Positions 9,153 to 19,180 of a DNA stretch of 64,000 bases are shown in pieces. A program made the translations under genes and the position numbers. Position 1 is the stretch's first letter, and the number at the start of each line of letters is the position of its first letter. The notes beneath the pieces are model-generated. The model did not search any database. It saw only the letters and a list, made by a program, of their open reading frames with translations, and was not told where the DNA came from. Origin of the DNA: Candidatus Omnitrophota bacterium (GTDB lineage Bacteria > Omnitrophota > Gorgyraeia > B26-G9); the NCBI GenBank assembly GCA_043826565.1, contig JBDRPX010000012.1, positions 7,974 through 71,973 on the forward strand, given 5' to 3'.

Positions 9153-10367
9153 GTGCCGGGATATTTATATAAAGCAAGAGATGAAAAAGGCAAGCTTATA
9201 ACCGGAAATATGATCTGTGTTTCTGAAGAAGATTTAGCGGAAAAATTACGCAAAATGGGGTATATGCCGGTAAGCATTAAAAATTCTTCCGGGAATATTT
9301 CCCGGGAGGGATTGTTAGAGTTTTTTAAAAAGATAAAAAATGAAGACCTGATAATTTTCAATATTCAAATGGCCAATATGCTGGACGCGGGCATTCCTAT
9401 CCTAAAAAGCCTGCGGACGATCTCTTCTCAAATTGAAAATAAAAAACTTAAGGCTATTGTGGAAAAAGTGAGCGCGGATGTGGAAGGAGGAACTTCATTT
9501 TCCGAAGCATTATTGAGGCATCCGGCGGTTTTTTCTCCGTTGTTTACCAATATGGTTAAAGCCGGAGAAGCCAGTGGTAATCTGGATACAGTATTAAACC
9601 GGCTGGCCAAATATGTTGAACAGCAGGAAGAAATTCGCCAGCAGATTAAAAACGCTTTGTTTTATCCGTCAATTTTGGTCTTTGCCGGAGTGAGTGTAAT
9701 TATTTTTATTGTAAGTTTTGTTATGCCGAAATTCGTCGAAATCTTTACCCGTTCTAACGTCGCCTTACCTGTGCCGACCCAAATTCTATATATGACCGGC
9801 ATGATCTTGAAAAATTTCTGGTATTTGGTTCTTTTAGGTTTTGGTGCTCTGGTAATGGGTGCGCGGGTATATATTCGTACAAAAAAAGGAAAAATGCTTG
9901 TTGATCAATATTCGCTAGCCCTTCCGGTTATCGGCCCTTTAGTCAGAAAAACAATTATCGCGCGTTTTACCAGAACGCTTTCCACATTGCTGGAGAGCGG
10001 AGTCCCGATTCTGCAGGCAATGGATATCTTACAAAATGTTGTGGGCAATAGTGTGATTAGCCTGGTCGTTAAGAACGCGCGTAGTAGCATTGAAAACGGA
10101 GAAAGAATCGCGCCTTCTTTGCAATTGAGTGGAGAATTCCCCCAGGATGCGGTGCAAATGATCGCGATCGGAGAGGAAGCCGGATCCTTGGATCATATGC
10201 TGGCGAAGATCGCGGATTTTTACGATACATCTGTTGGCTATGCGATTAAAAAACTTACGGCATTGATCGAGCCGGCTTTTTTAGTGATTATGGGGGCAAT
10301 GGTTGGCTTTATTATGGCCTCAATGTTATTGCCGATTTTTGATATGGTGAAAACTATTCATAATTAA
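9153..10367 (+). CDS. pilC: Inner-membrane platform protein (PilC/GspF family)
   Basis: GTG start after AGGAGGAAG. Two GspF-type repeats (MANMLDAGIPILKSL and LLESGVPILQAMDIL). Three TM segments. Confidence 0.85.
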   Translation: MPGYLYKARDEKGKLITGNMICVSEEDLAEKLRKMGYMPVSIKNSSGNISREGLLEFFKKIKNEDLIIFNIQMANMLDAGIPILKSLRTISSQIENKKLKAIVEKVSADVEGGTSFSEALLRHPAVFSPLFTNMVKAGEASGNLDTVLNRLAKYVEQQEEIRQQIKNALFYPSILVFAGVSVIIFIVSFVMPKFVEIFTRSNVALPVPTQILYMTGMILKNFWYLVLLGFGALVMGARVYIRTKKGKMLVDQYSLALPVIGPLVRKTIIARFTRTLSTLLESGVPILQAMDILQNVVGNSVISLVVKNARSSIENGERIAPSLQLSGEFPQDAVQMIAIGEEAGSLDHMLAKIADFYDTSVGYAIKKLTALIEPAFLVIMGAMVGFIMASMLLPIFDMVKTIHN

Positions 10368-10465
10368 GGAAAGGGGGAATCAATTAGCAATTATCAATGA
10401 TCAGTTAGCAGTTAACATTTTAAAATTAAAATTTAACAATTAACACAAAAGGAAGGGAGGAAGTT

Positions 10466-10915
10466 ATGTTTAAGGGAAGAAAGGGTTTTACGATAATTGA
10501 ATTACTTGTGGTGATTATGGTTATTGCTATTCTTGTGGGAATCGCGATCCCTCGTTTTAAAGGGGTACAGGATGAGGCGAATATTTCTAAGGCCAAAGCA
10601 GAATTAAAAGTTCTTCAGACCGCTGTGGAATCCTACTATATGAACCAGACACCGAATGCTTATCCTGCGACTTCGACGACGATTTGCGCCAGTTCCTTAA
10701 ATGCCGCGTCTCCGCAGATTGTCGCGGAAGTATTACAGGATCCGTTTCGTTCAGCAGCGGAATATGTTTTTAGACGCTCAAGCAACGGGAGTTATTACGT
10801 GATCTACTCTTACGGGGCTGACCGCGCGCAGGATATTACCGGGATCGGTACTACCGGAGTTTTAACCGGGACAAATGATGATGATATTTATGCGACGAAT
10901 GGCTCGGGATTTTAA
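10466..10915 (+). CDS. Major pilin / pseudopilin (class III signal peptide)
   Basis: MFKGRKG^FTIIELLVVIMVIAILVGIAIP prepilin motif with Glu at +5. Very strong RBS AAGGAAGGGAGGAAG. Confidence 0.85.
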   Translation: MFKGRKGFTIIELLVVIMVIAILVGIAIPRFKGVQDEANISKAKAELKVLQTAVESYYMNQTPNAYPATSTTICASSLNAASPQIVAEVLQDPFRSAAEYVFRRSSNGSYYVIYSYGADRAQDITGIGTTGVLTGTNDDDIYATNGSGF

Positions 10916-11014
10916 CGATCAGTAAAAGATCGGCCAATGTCTCATAGCTGATGGTCGATGGACAAATTGAATAGTGTAGGGACAGGCCTGGGGCCTGTCC
11001 GGAGAGGGTTTGTT

Positions 11015-11383
11015 ATGAGGAAAACAGGGAATGGTTTTACGCTCGTCGAAATGCTGGTGACCATAACTATCTTAGTGACCGGAGTGGTTGTGACTCTCCA
11101 GATGATGAGTATTGGGATGTTTTCCTCGACAGTTTCTGAGAATGAAATTATTGCCTTGCGGCTGGCACAGGAAAAAATGGAAGAAATAAAAGATGCTGAT
11201 TACGTGGGCATCAATGGTTTTTCATTAAGCCGGACTAACCTGGGCGGAGATTTCGCGGATTTTGACCGGGCAGTTACAGTTTCCGGGGACCCGAAGCAGG
11301 TGGATGTTACAGTTTATTGGGACGCCAAAGGACAGGAGCAAAATATTGTATTAACGACATTATGTTCGGACTATGATTATTAG
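11015..11383 (+). CDS. Minor pseudopilin (GspI/PilV-like)
   Basis: MRKTGNG^FTLVEMLVTITIL prepilin N-terminus. RBS GGAGAGGG. The track ORF begins at 10958, but the start is more likely ATG 11015. Confidence 0.7.
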   Translation: MRKTGNGFTLVEMLVTITILVTGVVVTLQMMSIGMFSSTVSENEIIALRLAQEKMEEIKDADYVGINGFSLSRTNLGGDFADFDRAVTVSGDPKQVDVTVYWDAKGQEQNIVLTTLCSDYDY

Positions 11384-11565
11384 GTGGCGAAATCAAAAAT
11401 CAAAAGTCAAAATGCAAAATGACAAAGTAGAATTAAAAAAGAATTAAAGATTTAAAACAATAAAATTTTTAAAGATATGTTGAGCAAGTTTATAGAGTTA
11501 AATGTTTTTTGAATTTTGAATGACATTTTGATCTAAGAACAGGAACTTAAGGCGGAGATTTTTTT

Positions 11566-12072
11566 ATGAATAATCGCGGGCTGACTCTTATGGAATTGCT
11601 GGTAGTAATTATGCTGCTTGCTATTTTAGTAGGAACAATAGGCTATGTTTTTATTACGGGGTTAAACCTGTGGAGCCAGGGATACGCGCGTTCGGATATT
11701 CGTTTTCGCTTGAGCCAGGCTATAGAGCTGATAACCAGACAACTGCGCCAGGCGGTTAGTATTGATTCTTTGAATCAGAGCAGTATTACTTTCACGGCTG
11801 ATCTAGGGGCAGGAGATAGTTCGTATAGGGTTTATTTATATAATTCCGCGGATCCGGAACCAAATCCTCCGTATACCCAGAGCACCTATGAGCTTCGTTG
11901 GGCGAGCGGAGCCGGAGGCTATGGAACCGGCGCGGTAATCGCGTCGGATATTATTCAGCCGGTAAGCGCGGTATTTAGTCAAAGCAATAATATTATTAGT
12001 ATTGATTTAACTGTTTCCCGGCAGGGAGAAACAATTAGGATGCGGTCTAAGGTAAGGCCGAGGAACTTGTAA
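11566..12072 (+). CDS. Minor pseudopilin (GspJ/PilW-like)
   Basis: MNNRG^LTLMELLVVIMLLAILVG prepilin-type N-terminus. Confidence 0.7.
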   Translation: MNNRGLTLMELLVVIMLLAILVGTIGYVFITGLNLWSQGYARSDIRFRLSQAIELITRQLRQAVSIDSLNQSSITFTADLGAGDSSYRVYLYNSADPEPNPPYTQSTYELRWASGAGGYGTGAVIASDIIQPVSAVFSQSNNIISIDLTVSRQGETIRMRSKVRPRNL

Positions 12073-12162
12073 AAAGTCTCAGGTCGCAAGTCTCAAGTTA
12101 CAAGGAAAAGATAAAAACATTACACAAAAAAGGTTGTTAATACTAAAAAGAGGATCACAGTA

Positions 12163-13245
12163 ATGAAGGCTGAATGTGTAGACCAAAATATGAATAATAA
12201 TAAGGGAGTGGCTTTAATTCTGACGTTTATGATAATGACGGCGCTCATTATCATTGTGGCCGCGTATTTATTTTTAATTGTCGGCGGAGCCAGGCTGGTT
12301 AATGCTCAAGTCAATTCCACGCAAGCTTTATATTTGAGTGAAGCGGGTTTAAATAAAGCAATATGGTATTTATTAAATACTGCTCCGGATGGTTCAACAG
12401 ATGGGTCTTGGCGGACCAGCGCTTATCCGGCTGTCCCCGGAACCGGAGGAAATGATCCGCAGCAGGAAACCCTGGGAGCGGGAACATATACATTATGGGT
12501 AGAAAATTCCGGCAGTAATATTTTAATTACCGGCCGGGGAACAATAAATAATACGGAACGTATTATTCAGCAGGAAATTTCTTTAACTCCGGGGATCCCC
12601 GAGGCTTTTATGTATGTACAGCATAGCGGTAATAACACCAATATGAATAACACCGGAGGAACGATCACTGGAGATATTAGCGTGGGAGGGAATTTTAATT
12701 ATGGAGGCGGCCTTTCGGTCGTCGGAACGATAACCGAAGATTCTGATGTGGTAACTCCGGCCGTAAGTATGAGTGATTACGCGGCTATTGCCGGTAGTAC
12801 GGTAAGCGGGAATAAGACGTTTACCTCAGGCACATATAGCGGCATTTGGTATATAAGCGGTAATGTTACGATTGACGATGATGTTATTTTTAACGGAACG
12901 ATTATTGCCGCAGGCAATATCAGCATGACCAATAGCGATAATATAACCATAACCCATGCCGGGTCATATCCGGCTTTGGTTTCCGGAGGAGATATAACCG
13001 GCAATAATATGGCAGACTGCAGTATTACCGGATTAATATATGCCGCGAATAATATAACGCTGAATAATAATGAAGACGGAGAGATCAATGGAACGCTTAT
13101 CGCCGGGAATAACCTGATCCTTAATAATGGAGAAGGCCTGGTAATTAATTACGATGAAACTATCCGCACAGCTTGTCCGCCTTATTTTTCCGGAGGGGAA
13201 GAGTATACGATCAGCGCGATAAGCGGAAGCTGGACGGAGCTTTAA
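12163..13245 (+). CDS. PilX_N-domain minor pilin / GspK-like tip protein with Gly/Asn-rich beta-helix-like C-terminus
   Basis: KGVALILTFMIMTALIIIVAAYLF...ALYLSEAGLNKA matches the PilX N-terminal pattern. Repetitive G-N-x-T segments follow. Confidence 0.6.
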   Translation: MKAECVDQNMNNNKGVALILTFMIMTALIIIVAAYLFLIVGGARLVNAQVNSTQALYLSEAGLNKAIWYLLNTAPDGSTDGSWRTSAYPAVPGTGGNDPQQETLGAGTYTLWVENSGSNILITGRGTINNTERIIQQEISLTPGIPEAFMYVQHSGNNTNMNNTGGTITGDISVGGNFNYGGGLSVVGTITEDSDVVTPAVSMSDYAAIAGSTVSGNKTFTSGTYSGIWYISGNVTIDDDVIFNGTIIAAGNISMTNSDNITITHAGSYPALVSGGDITGNNMADCSITGLIYAANNITLNNNEDGEINGTLIAGNNLILNNGEGLVINYDETIRTACPPYFSGGEEYTISAISGSWTEL

Positions 13246-13269
13246 TCAGGCAAAGAAAGAAGACGGGAT

Positions 13270-14871
13270 ATGTTAAAAAAACAATTAAACTCATTAATCG
13301 GACATTTGCCGAAGCGGATTCTTAAAGGGTGGGCGGATAAGCAGGCTTTAATCGGAATAGACATCGGCAAGACTTCAATTAAAGCGGTCCGGGTTAAAAA
13401 GTCCGGAGCAATTACGACATTGACCAAAACAGCGGTTGTGGACATAGATAGCCCCGGAGACAGGGGGGCTATTGTTCAGGCTCTAAAAAGTGTTATGGCA
13501 AAACTAAAGCCGGAGTCAGATAAAATTGTTTTTGTTCTGAACAGCCCGCAAGTCAGCGCCCGGAAAATTAATGCTCCGCATATGCCGAAAAAAGAATTAG
13601 CCGAGGCTGTCCGCTGGGCAATAAAAAATATTATACCGTTTAGCTTAGATGACGCGTATATGGATTTTTCGGTTGGCCCGGAAGTAAAAGATCCGGAGAC
13701 CCGGAAATTGAATATATCCGTGGGAGCGGTTCCCCAGGAAACAATTGAAGAGTTTTTGGATATTTTTAAACAAGCGGGAATCAGCCTAACGGCAATAATT
13801 CCGGCTTTTTCCGCCCTGCGGTATATCGCGAAACAGCGGGCTAATTCCGGAAAGGTTATCGCGGTTATTGAAATGGGCGCGGGAATAACGGATTTGATTA
13901 TTTACAAAAATTCATGCTTGGAATTTGCCAGAAAAATTCCCATGTCCGGACAAGATATAACCAACAGCTTGACCGGAGCTTTGATCACGGACCATGGCCG
14001 TATACAGCTAAGCGCTGGAGAAGCGGAAAAAGTTAAATGCTGTTATGGGATCCCCAAAGAAGGATATATCGAGGTCAATGACGGAAAAATTTCCAGCACA
14101 CAGGTTGTCGCTTTAATGCGAACAATAGTAGAGAAGCTGATTGATGAGATAGAACGGTCTTTTGATTATTACCGGGAAGAATCCCGCGGCGGGAGTGTCG
14201 ACAAGATTATTTTGCTGGGGGGAGGGTCGCGGCTTAAAGGATTAGCGGAAGTATTGAAAGAAGGCCTGAATATGGAAGTCAGCATGGGGGATGTTTTTGA
14301 CGGCATGGACGCGCCTTCGGATATTCACAATCTGGAAATGGCTCTCGGATCGGTATGGGATGAGGGAAAAACGATTAACCTCTTGCCGGAAATGATGAGG
14401 CATCGGCCGCAAAGTTTACTGGAGAAAGTTTCCATATCCGGCGGAACCACACTTATTATCGGGCTGCTGGTGTTGGGATTTATGGGGATGAAAATAAATG
14501 ATACTGCCTATGACAAACAATTGCAGGCGGCGCGCGTAGAGTATGGAGCAATTGCTCTCGGGCTGCGCAATCTTAAGGGTACGCTTTTGGCTAATCAGAT
14601 TTTTCAAGACAAGCCGTACTGGGAAGATGTGTTAAAGGAGCTGAGCAATGTTCTTCCGGCTAATATTCACCTTACCGGAGTAAGTCTAAAAGAAAAAAAA
14701 ATATACTTACAGGGGATGATTCAGCTTGAATATAAAAACGAAGCAACCTTGACTAAATTCATGCTTTTGCTGGAGGAGGGGATTTTTAAGAATGTAACTC
14801 TTGTGAAAACGCAAAAAATATCTCCGGAAGTACCGGAGGCAGAGTTTGAAATTAAAGCGGAAATTGATTAA
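13270..14871 (+). CDS. pilM: PilM-PilN fusion (actin-like ATPase fused to a bitopic PilN-like segment)
   Basis: N-terminal LIGIDIGKTSIKAV (PilM/FtsA-like). Internal INLLPEMMRHRP followed by a TM helix, which is the PilN hallmark. Confidence 0.75.
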   Translation: MLKKQLNSLIGHLPKRILKGWADKQALIGIDIGKTSIKAVRVKKSGAITTLTKTAVVDIDSPGDRGAIVQALKSVMAKLKPESDKIVFVLNSPQVSARKINAPHMPKKELAEAVRWAIKNIIPFSLDDAYMDFSVGPEVKDPETRKLNISVGAVPQETIEEFLDIFKQAGISLTAIIPAFSALRYIAKQRANSGKVIAVIEMGAGITDLIIYKNSCLEFARKIPMSGQDITNSLTGALITDHGRIQLSAGEAEKVKCCYGIPKEGYIEVNDGKISSTQVVALMRTIVEKLIDEIERSFDYYREESRGGSVDKIILLGGGSRLKGLAEVLKEGLNMEVSMGDVFDGMDAPSDIHNLEMALGSVWDEGKTINLLPEMMRHRPQSLLEKVSISGGTTLIIGLLVLGFMGMKINDTAYDKQLQAARVEYGAIALGLRNLKGTLLANQIFQDKPYWEDVLKELSNVLPANIHLTGVSLKEKKIYLQGMIQLEYKNEATLTKFMLLLEEGIFKNVTLVKTQKISPEVPEAEFEIKAEID

Positions 14872-14910
14872 ACGGATGATCTTTAATGCTTAGGGAATAA
14901 TATGGGGTGA

Positions 14911-15444
14911 ATGATGAAAAAAATTTTAGCGAATAAAAAGATGCTTAATGGTGTCGCCGCCGGAGGCGTATTATTGGCACTTTGTTTATTACTTTATTTT
15001 GTGCATTTTCCTCTTTGGCGGGAAGTTAAGGAAAAGAAAGCGGAACTGGCCGGGTTAAATAGTAAATTGAATGACGCGCGCACAATACTGGATTCTTTTA
15101 AAAAAACAGCGAATACAAAAAAACTCCTGCCGCGAAAAAAAATATCCTATGCTATCGATGAACTTACCAGGATTGGCACTAGTTATAATATTAGTTTTAT
15201 TTCCATGAGCCCGGAAGGGGTAGTTAACGCAGAAGGGACAGAGTATTCGGTTATGCCGATTGCCTTGAGCATGGTGGGATCATACGAAGATATTGGAAAG
15301 TTTATCGGCGCATTGGAGCAATCAGATCAGATTATCGCGGCGGTAAGCCATTTTGATTTAGCCGAGAACAAAATAAATTCCGGAAAAATAAACGCGAATA
15401 TGGTGATCAACTTATATCTGCAAAAACTGCAGGAAGATGTTTAA
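14911..15444 (+). CDS. pilO: PilO-like bitopic pilus assembly protein
   Basis: N-terminal TM (VAAGGVLLALCLLLYFV), then a coiled-coil and a PilO-like C-terminal domain. Position after pilM/N. Confidence 0.55.
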   Translation: MMKKILANKKMLNGVAAGGVLLALCLLLYFVHFPLWREVKEKKAELAGLNSKLNDARTILDSFKKTANTKKLLPRKKISYAIDELTRIGTSYNISFISMSPEGVVNAEGTEYSVMPIALSMVGSYEDIGKFIGALEQSDQIIAAVSHFDLAENKINSGKINANMVINLYLQKLQEDV

Positions 15445-15452
15445 ACTGAAAG

Positions 15453-16007
15453 GTGTTTATGATTATTAAAAATAAACTAAGCATTTTGGTGGTTGATGAC
15501 AGCGCGACTATTCGTGAAACAATTGTCGGGCAGTTGCTTGCTCTGGGGTATGTTGCGCAAGGAGTTCCTTCCGCGGAAGAAGCAGAAAAGTTATTGTCTG
15601 AGGCAGATTTTGATATATTGTTTTTGGATATTAAGCTTAGCGGAATAGACGGGATGACATATCTGGAAACGATCAGGCAGTCTAAGGCTAATATTGCGGT
15701 TATTATAATGACGGCTTTTGAGTCCCCCAAAACAGCAGTCGAAGCAATTGAAAAAGGAGCCTGTGATTATTTGATTAAGCCGATTCAGGGAAAGCATTTA
15801 GAACTGATAATTCTTCGGGCATTAAGGCGCCGGCAGTTAGAGCGGGAGCGTAAAGACGCGATTGAGAAACGAATTAACGCATTGCTTTCATACACAAAAG
15901 ATACCCGAGATATGAAACTGGCAATTAATGCTCTTAAGCTGGAAGTGAATAATCTACTCATAGAGCTTGGGCAGCAGCCAAAGTACACGGTAATAGAAGA
16001 AGTTTAA
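15453..16007 (+). CDS. Response regulator receiver with C-terminal coiled-coil extension, embedded in the pilus operon
   Basis: ILVVDDSATI, ILFLDIKLSGIDG, VIIMTAFESP, YLIKPI. About 70 aa of helical tail. Confidence 0.75.
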   Translation: MFMIIKNKLSILVVDDSATIRETIVGQLLALGYVAQGVPSAEEAEKLLSEADFDILFLDIKLSGIDGMTYLETIRQSKANIAVIIMTAFESPKTAVEAIEKGACDYLIKPIQGKHLELIILRALRRRQLERERKDAIEKRINALLSYTKDTRDMKLAINALKLEVNNLLIELGQQPKYTVIEEV

Positions 16008-16040
16008 TAAGACATCCTATAAAGATCAGGTATAATTTGA

Positions 16041-16547
16041 ATGATATTATACCTAAAAATTATACCGGAGGTGACCATGGATAAAGAAAAAAAATTAAAA
16101 ATCGCAATTCCGATCCTTATACTCATTATGATCGGGGTATATTCACCGGTATTAAAAAATTCACGGGTTCGCCCTGATTCTTTGGTTCAGGAAAATCCTA
16201 ATGTTGCGGAAACTTTTGCCGGTGAAGAAGAATTTACCAATTTTTCTGATTTAGCGGGTATTCAGCGTCAGCATTCGCGAAGTAAATATCAGCAATGGAA
16301 GAGAGACCCTTTTGCGGAATATTCTGATGTTTCTCAGAGCGGCATCCCCCGGCTTCACGGGATAGTTTGGGATAGCCAGAAGCCCAAAGCCATAATCAAT
16401 GAAACTATCGCGGGAATCGGAGATACAGTCGCCGGAGTAATGATCATCGATATACAGAAATCTAAAGTATTAGTAAATAATGGAGAAAAGAACATAGAAT
16501 TAAAGGTTTATAAGCCGAAACAAGACAGTAAAGTGGAAAATAACTAA
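16041..16547 (+). CDS. PilP-like protein (TM anchor plus C-terminal beta domain)
   Basis: N-terminal TM (KIAIPILILIMIGVY). The C-terminal GIVWDSQKPKAIINETIAGIGDTVAGVMIIDIQKSKVLVNNGEKNIELKV resembles the PilP/GspC HR domain. Confidence 0.4.
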   Translation: MILYLKIIPEVTMDKEKKLKIAIPILILIMIGVYSPVLKNSRVRPDSLVQENPNVAETFAGEEEFTNFSDLAGIQRQHSRSKYQQWKRDPFAEYSDVSQSGIPRLHGIVWDSQKPKAIINETIAGIGDTVAGVMIIDIQKSKVLVNNGEKNIELKVYKPKQDSKVENN

Positions 16548-16573
16548 TAATACATGCTATAATTGCCCAAATG

Positions 16574-16602
16574 TTTGACATATTGCATAAAATAGTATAT
16601 AA
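16574..16602 (+). promoter_or_regulatory. Sigma70-like promoter TTGACA-17-TATAAT upstream of the REC-GAF-HK gene
   Basis: Read directly. The inverted repeat AGTATGC-N17-GCATACT lies just downstream (16613-16643). Confidence 0.4.
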
Positions 16603-16654
16603 TAGTATATAGAGAGTATGCAATAAATATAAAAACGCATACTATTGAATAATA

Positions 16655-18346
16655 GTGGATAAGATGGTGATAAGAATGGAAAAAGCAAGAATTCTGGTTA
16701 TTGATGATGAATCGGTTATTCGCCAATTACTGCTGCGTACTTTGCGTGATAAGGGGTATGATGTCGAGATCGCCGAAGACGGTAATCGGGCCATGGAGAA
16801 AATTAACGGCAGTATTTTTAACCTGCTCATTACTGATTTAAGAATGCCTAAGATTGGCGGTATGGAAGTGTTGGAGAAGATAAAGAAAACAAATCCTTAT
16901 GTGGAAGTTATGATCATAACCGGCTACCCGACGATAGAAGCCGCGGTCGCGGCAATTAAGATCGGCGCGTATGATTTTATTTGCAAACCGTTTGATTTAA
17001 AAGAAATCCAGCATAAAGTAGAGCTTTGTTTAGAGCGCCAAAAACAAAACATGAATAGGATCCAGGTAAGTGAGCTGGCCGCATTATTCGAATTGACGAA
17101 AGCAAGTATTTGTGTAAATTCAGAAGCGCACTTAGAGGAGCGGATCTTAACAACAGCATTAGAAATTACTTCTGCCGAACACGGGGCTTTATATTTATTT
17201 GATAAAGCCGGGAAGAATTTAAATATAGTTATAAATCAAAGTATCGGCGGAGAGGTAAGCTGGCATAATAAAATGAAGCTTAATGAAAAAGTTCTGGCGC
17301 AATGGGCTAAAAAAGGCGAGTCAATGTTAATTACCAATACAGATAAGGATGAGCAATGTAAAGATATTTTTCTTGCCGAAGAAAAACCGAAGTCTTTAAT
17401 TGTCGCGCCGTTAGTCAGCAATCCTTTGCGTTTTGAAGAAAGTATTTTGGGAGTACTTGTTCTCACGCAAACACGATCCAATGAAAATTTTACCAAAAGA
17501 AGCCAGTTATTAACTTCAATCCTGTCCGGGCAGGCGGCAACAATGATCAAAAATCTGGAATTATACCGGGAACTGGAAAAAAAGATCGACGCGCTTAAAA
17601 CTTCACTGCAGGAGCTTCACCAAACACAGGATCAGCTTATTCAGACGGAAAAGTTGTCCTCTGTGGGGCAATTGGCTTTTGGGATCGCGCATGAAATAAG
17701 AAATCCGCTGGGGATTGTCCAGGGCGGCGTGGATTATTTAGGCAGTCTTTTAAATGAAAAAGATAAAGAAATAACCGGGGCCGCGGAGAAAATAAAAAAA
17801 GCTATTGTCCGGGCAAATAATATAATTGTTGATCTGTTAAAATTTTCGCGCAGCTCCAAAATTACCTTGGAGCAGGTTGATATTCCCCGGGTAATCGAGG
17901 AATCCTTGTCATTGCTGAAAAATAAGGCATATTTAGGTAATGTTAAAGTAAAAACAAATTTTCCGGAGGATCTGGGACTTGTTGACGGAGATGCTTCGCT
18001 GCTGCGGCAGGTTTTTTTTAATATCTGTAATAACGCGGTTGACGCGATGCCTCAAGGAGGAGATTTGGTTATTAATGTTATTAATAAAAATGACGTTTCT
18101 TCCCAGGAACCGTCTATTCATATAGAAATAAAAGACACCGGAGAAGGTATCCCGGAAGGTGTTCAGTCAAAAATATTTGTTCCTTTTTTTACGACAAAAG
18201 ATCCCGGAAAAGGTACCGGGCTTGGTTTAAGTATCGTGCATATGATAATTGAACGCCACGGAGGCACGATCCGCGTAGAAAGTGACGGCCAAAAAGGAAC
18301 AACTTTCATTATTGAATTACCGCAATTTAGTATTTCAAAAACATAA
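16655..18346 (+). CDS. REC - GAF - histidine kinase
   Basis: ILVIDDESVI and LLITDLRMPKIGG (REC). GAF-like middle region. H-box AHEIRNPLGIV. G-boxes DTGEGIP and GTGLGLSIV. Confidence 0.85.
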   Translation: MDKMVIRMEKARILVIDDESVIRQLLLRTLRDKGYDVEIAEDGNRAMEKINGSIFNLLITDLRMPKIGGMEVLEKIKKTNPYVEVMIITGYPTIEAAVAAIKIGAYDFICKPFDLKEIQHKVELCLERQKQNMNRIQVSELAALFELTKASICVNSEAHLEERILTTALEITSAEHGALYLFDKAGKNLNIVINQSIGGEVSWHNKMKLNEKVLAQWAKKGESMLITNTDKDEQCKDIFLAEEKPKSLIVAPLVSNPLRFEESILGVLVLTQTRSNENFTKRSQLLTSILSGQAATMIKNLELYRELEKKIDALKTSLQELHQTQDQLIQTEKLSSVGQLAFGIAHEIRNPLGIVQGGVDYLGSLLNEKDKEITGAAEKIKKAIVRANNIIVDLLKFSRSSKITLEQVDIPRVIEESLSLLKNKAYLGNVKVKTNFPEDLGLVDGDASLLRQVFFNICNNAVDAMPQGGDLVINVINKNDVSSQEPSIHIEIKDTGEGIPEGVQSKIFVPFFTTKDPGKGTGLGLSIVHMIIERHGGTIRVESDGQKGTTFIIELPQFSISKT

Positions 18347-18355
18347 GGAGACATT

Positions 18356-18745
18356 ATGAGTATAAAAAATATTCTTTTAATTGACGACGAGGAAGATTTC
18401 TGTTTTTTTGTAAAACGTAATCTGGAAAGATCCGGAGGATTCGCGGTGCAATATACTACTGATCCGGAACAAGGGATAAAGCTGGCCAAAGACCATGCCC
18501 CGGACGTGATATTGCTGGATATTACGATGCCGAAAAAAGATGGATTGCAGGTATTGGCGGCCTTGAAAAAAGATAAAAAGACAATGGAGATACCCATAAT
18601 CATGCTGACTGCCGTAGAGGATGAATCGGCCAAATTAAGCGCCGCGCGGTATTACAGCGAAGAATATATTATAAAACCGATAACTTTTGAAATGCTTCAA
18701 GAGAGGATAGATGATGTTTTAAAACGTTACGGAAAGGATAAGTAA
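18356..18745 (+). CDS. Single-domain response regulator
   Basis: ILLIDDEEDF, VILLDITMPKKDG, IIMLTAVED, YIIKPI. Confidence 0.8.
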   Translation: MSIKNILLIDDEEDFCFFVKRNLERSGGFAVQYTTDPEQGIKLAKDHAPDVILLDITMPKKDGLQVLAALKKDKKTMEIPIIMLTAVEDESAKLSAARYYSEEYIIKPITFEMLQERIDDVLKRYGKDK

Positions 18746-18790
18746 TTTAACCTAACTTAAAGAGCAAATAAAGGAAAGAGGAGGTGTTCA

Positions 18791-19168
18791 ATGTCTTTAC
18801 AAAAAAAAGTATTGGTGATTGATGATGAGGAAGACTTTTCTTTTTTTGTAAAAAAGAATCTTGAGGTATCCGGGATGTTTAATGTTTTGGTAGCTACCAA
18901 CGGTGAGGATGGAATAAGGCTTGCCCGGATTGAACATCCGGATATTATTTTACTGGATGTAATGATGCCTTCGCTGGGAGGGCCGGATGTGGCGGATATT
19001 TTAGGTAATGACCCTAAGACCAAAGATATCCCGGTGGTTTTTTTAACAGCCATAGTCACAAAGGAAGAGATCGGCGTGGAAACAATGCGGGAAATCGGCG
19101 GCCAGAATTATATCGCCAAGCCTATATCCGCGGAAGACCTGATTGCGGCGATAAATAAAGTGGTATAA
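18791..19168 (+). CDS. Single-domain response regulator (paralog of 18356-18745)
   Basis: VLVIDDEEDF, IILLDVMMPSLGG, VVFLTAIVT, YIAKPI. Confidence 0.8.
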   Translation: MSLQKKVLVIDDEEDFSFFVKKNLEVSGMFNVLVATNGEDGIRLARIEHPDIILLDVMMPSLGGPDVADILGNDPKTKDIPVVFLTAIVTKEEIGVETMREIGGQNYIAKPISAEDLIAAINKVV

Positions 19169-19180
19169 AAAAAGGAAGAT

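Noticed and set aside
10368-10465. Sigma-54 (-24/-12) promoter for the major pilin gene
   Set aside because: GG and GC elements are present but 17 nt apart instead of 10. Only CARTTARCARTTA-type direct repeats are visible.
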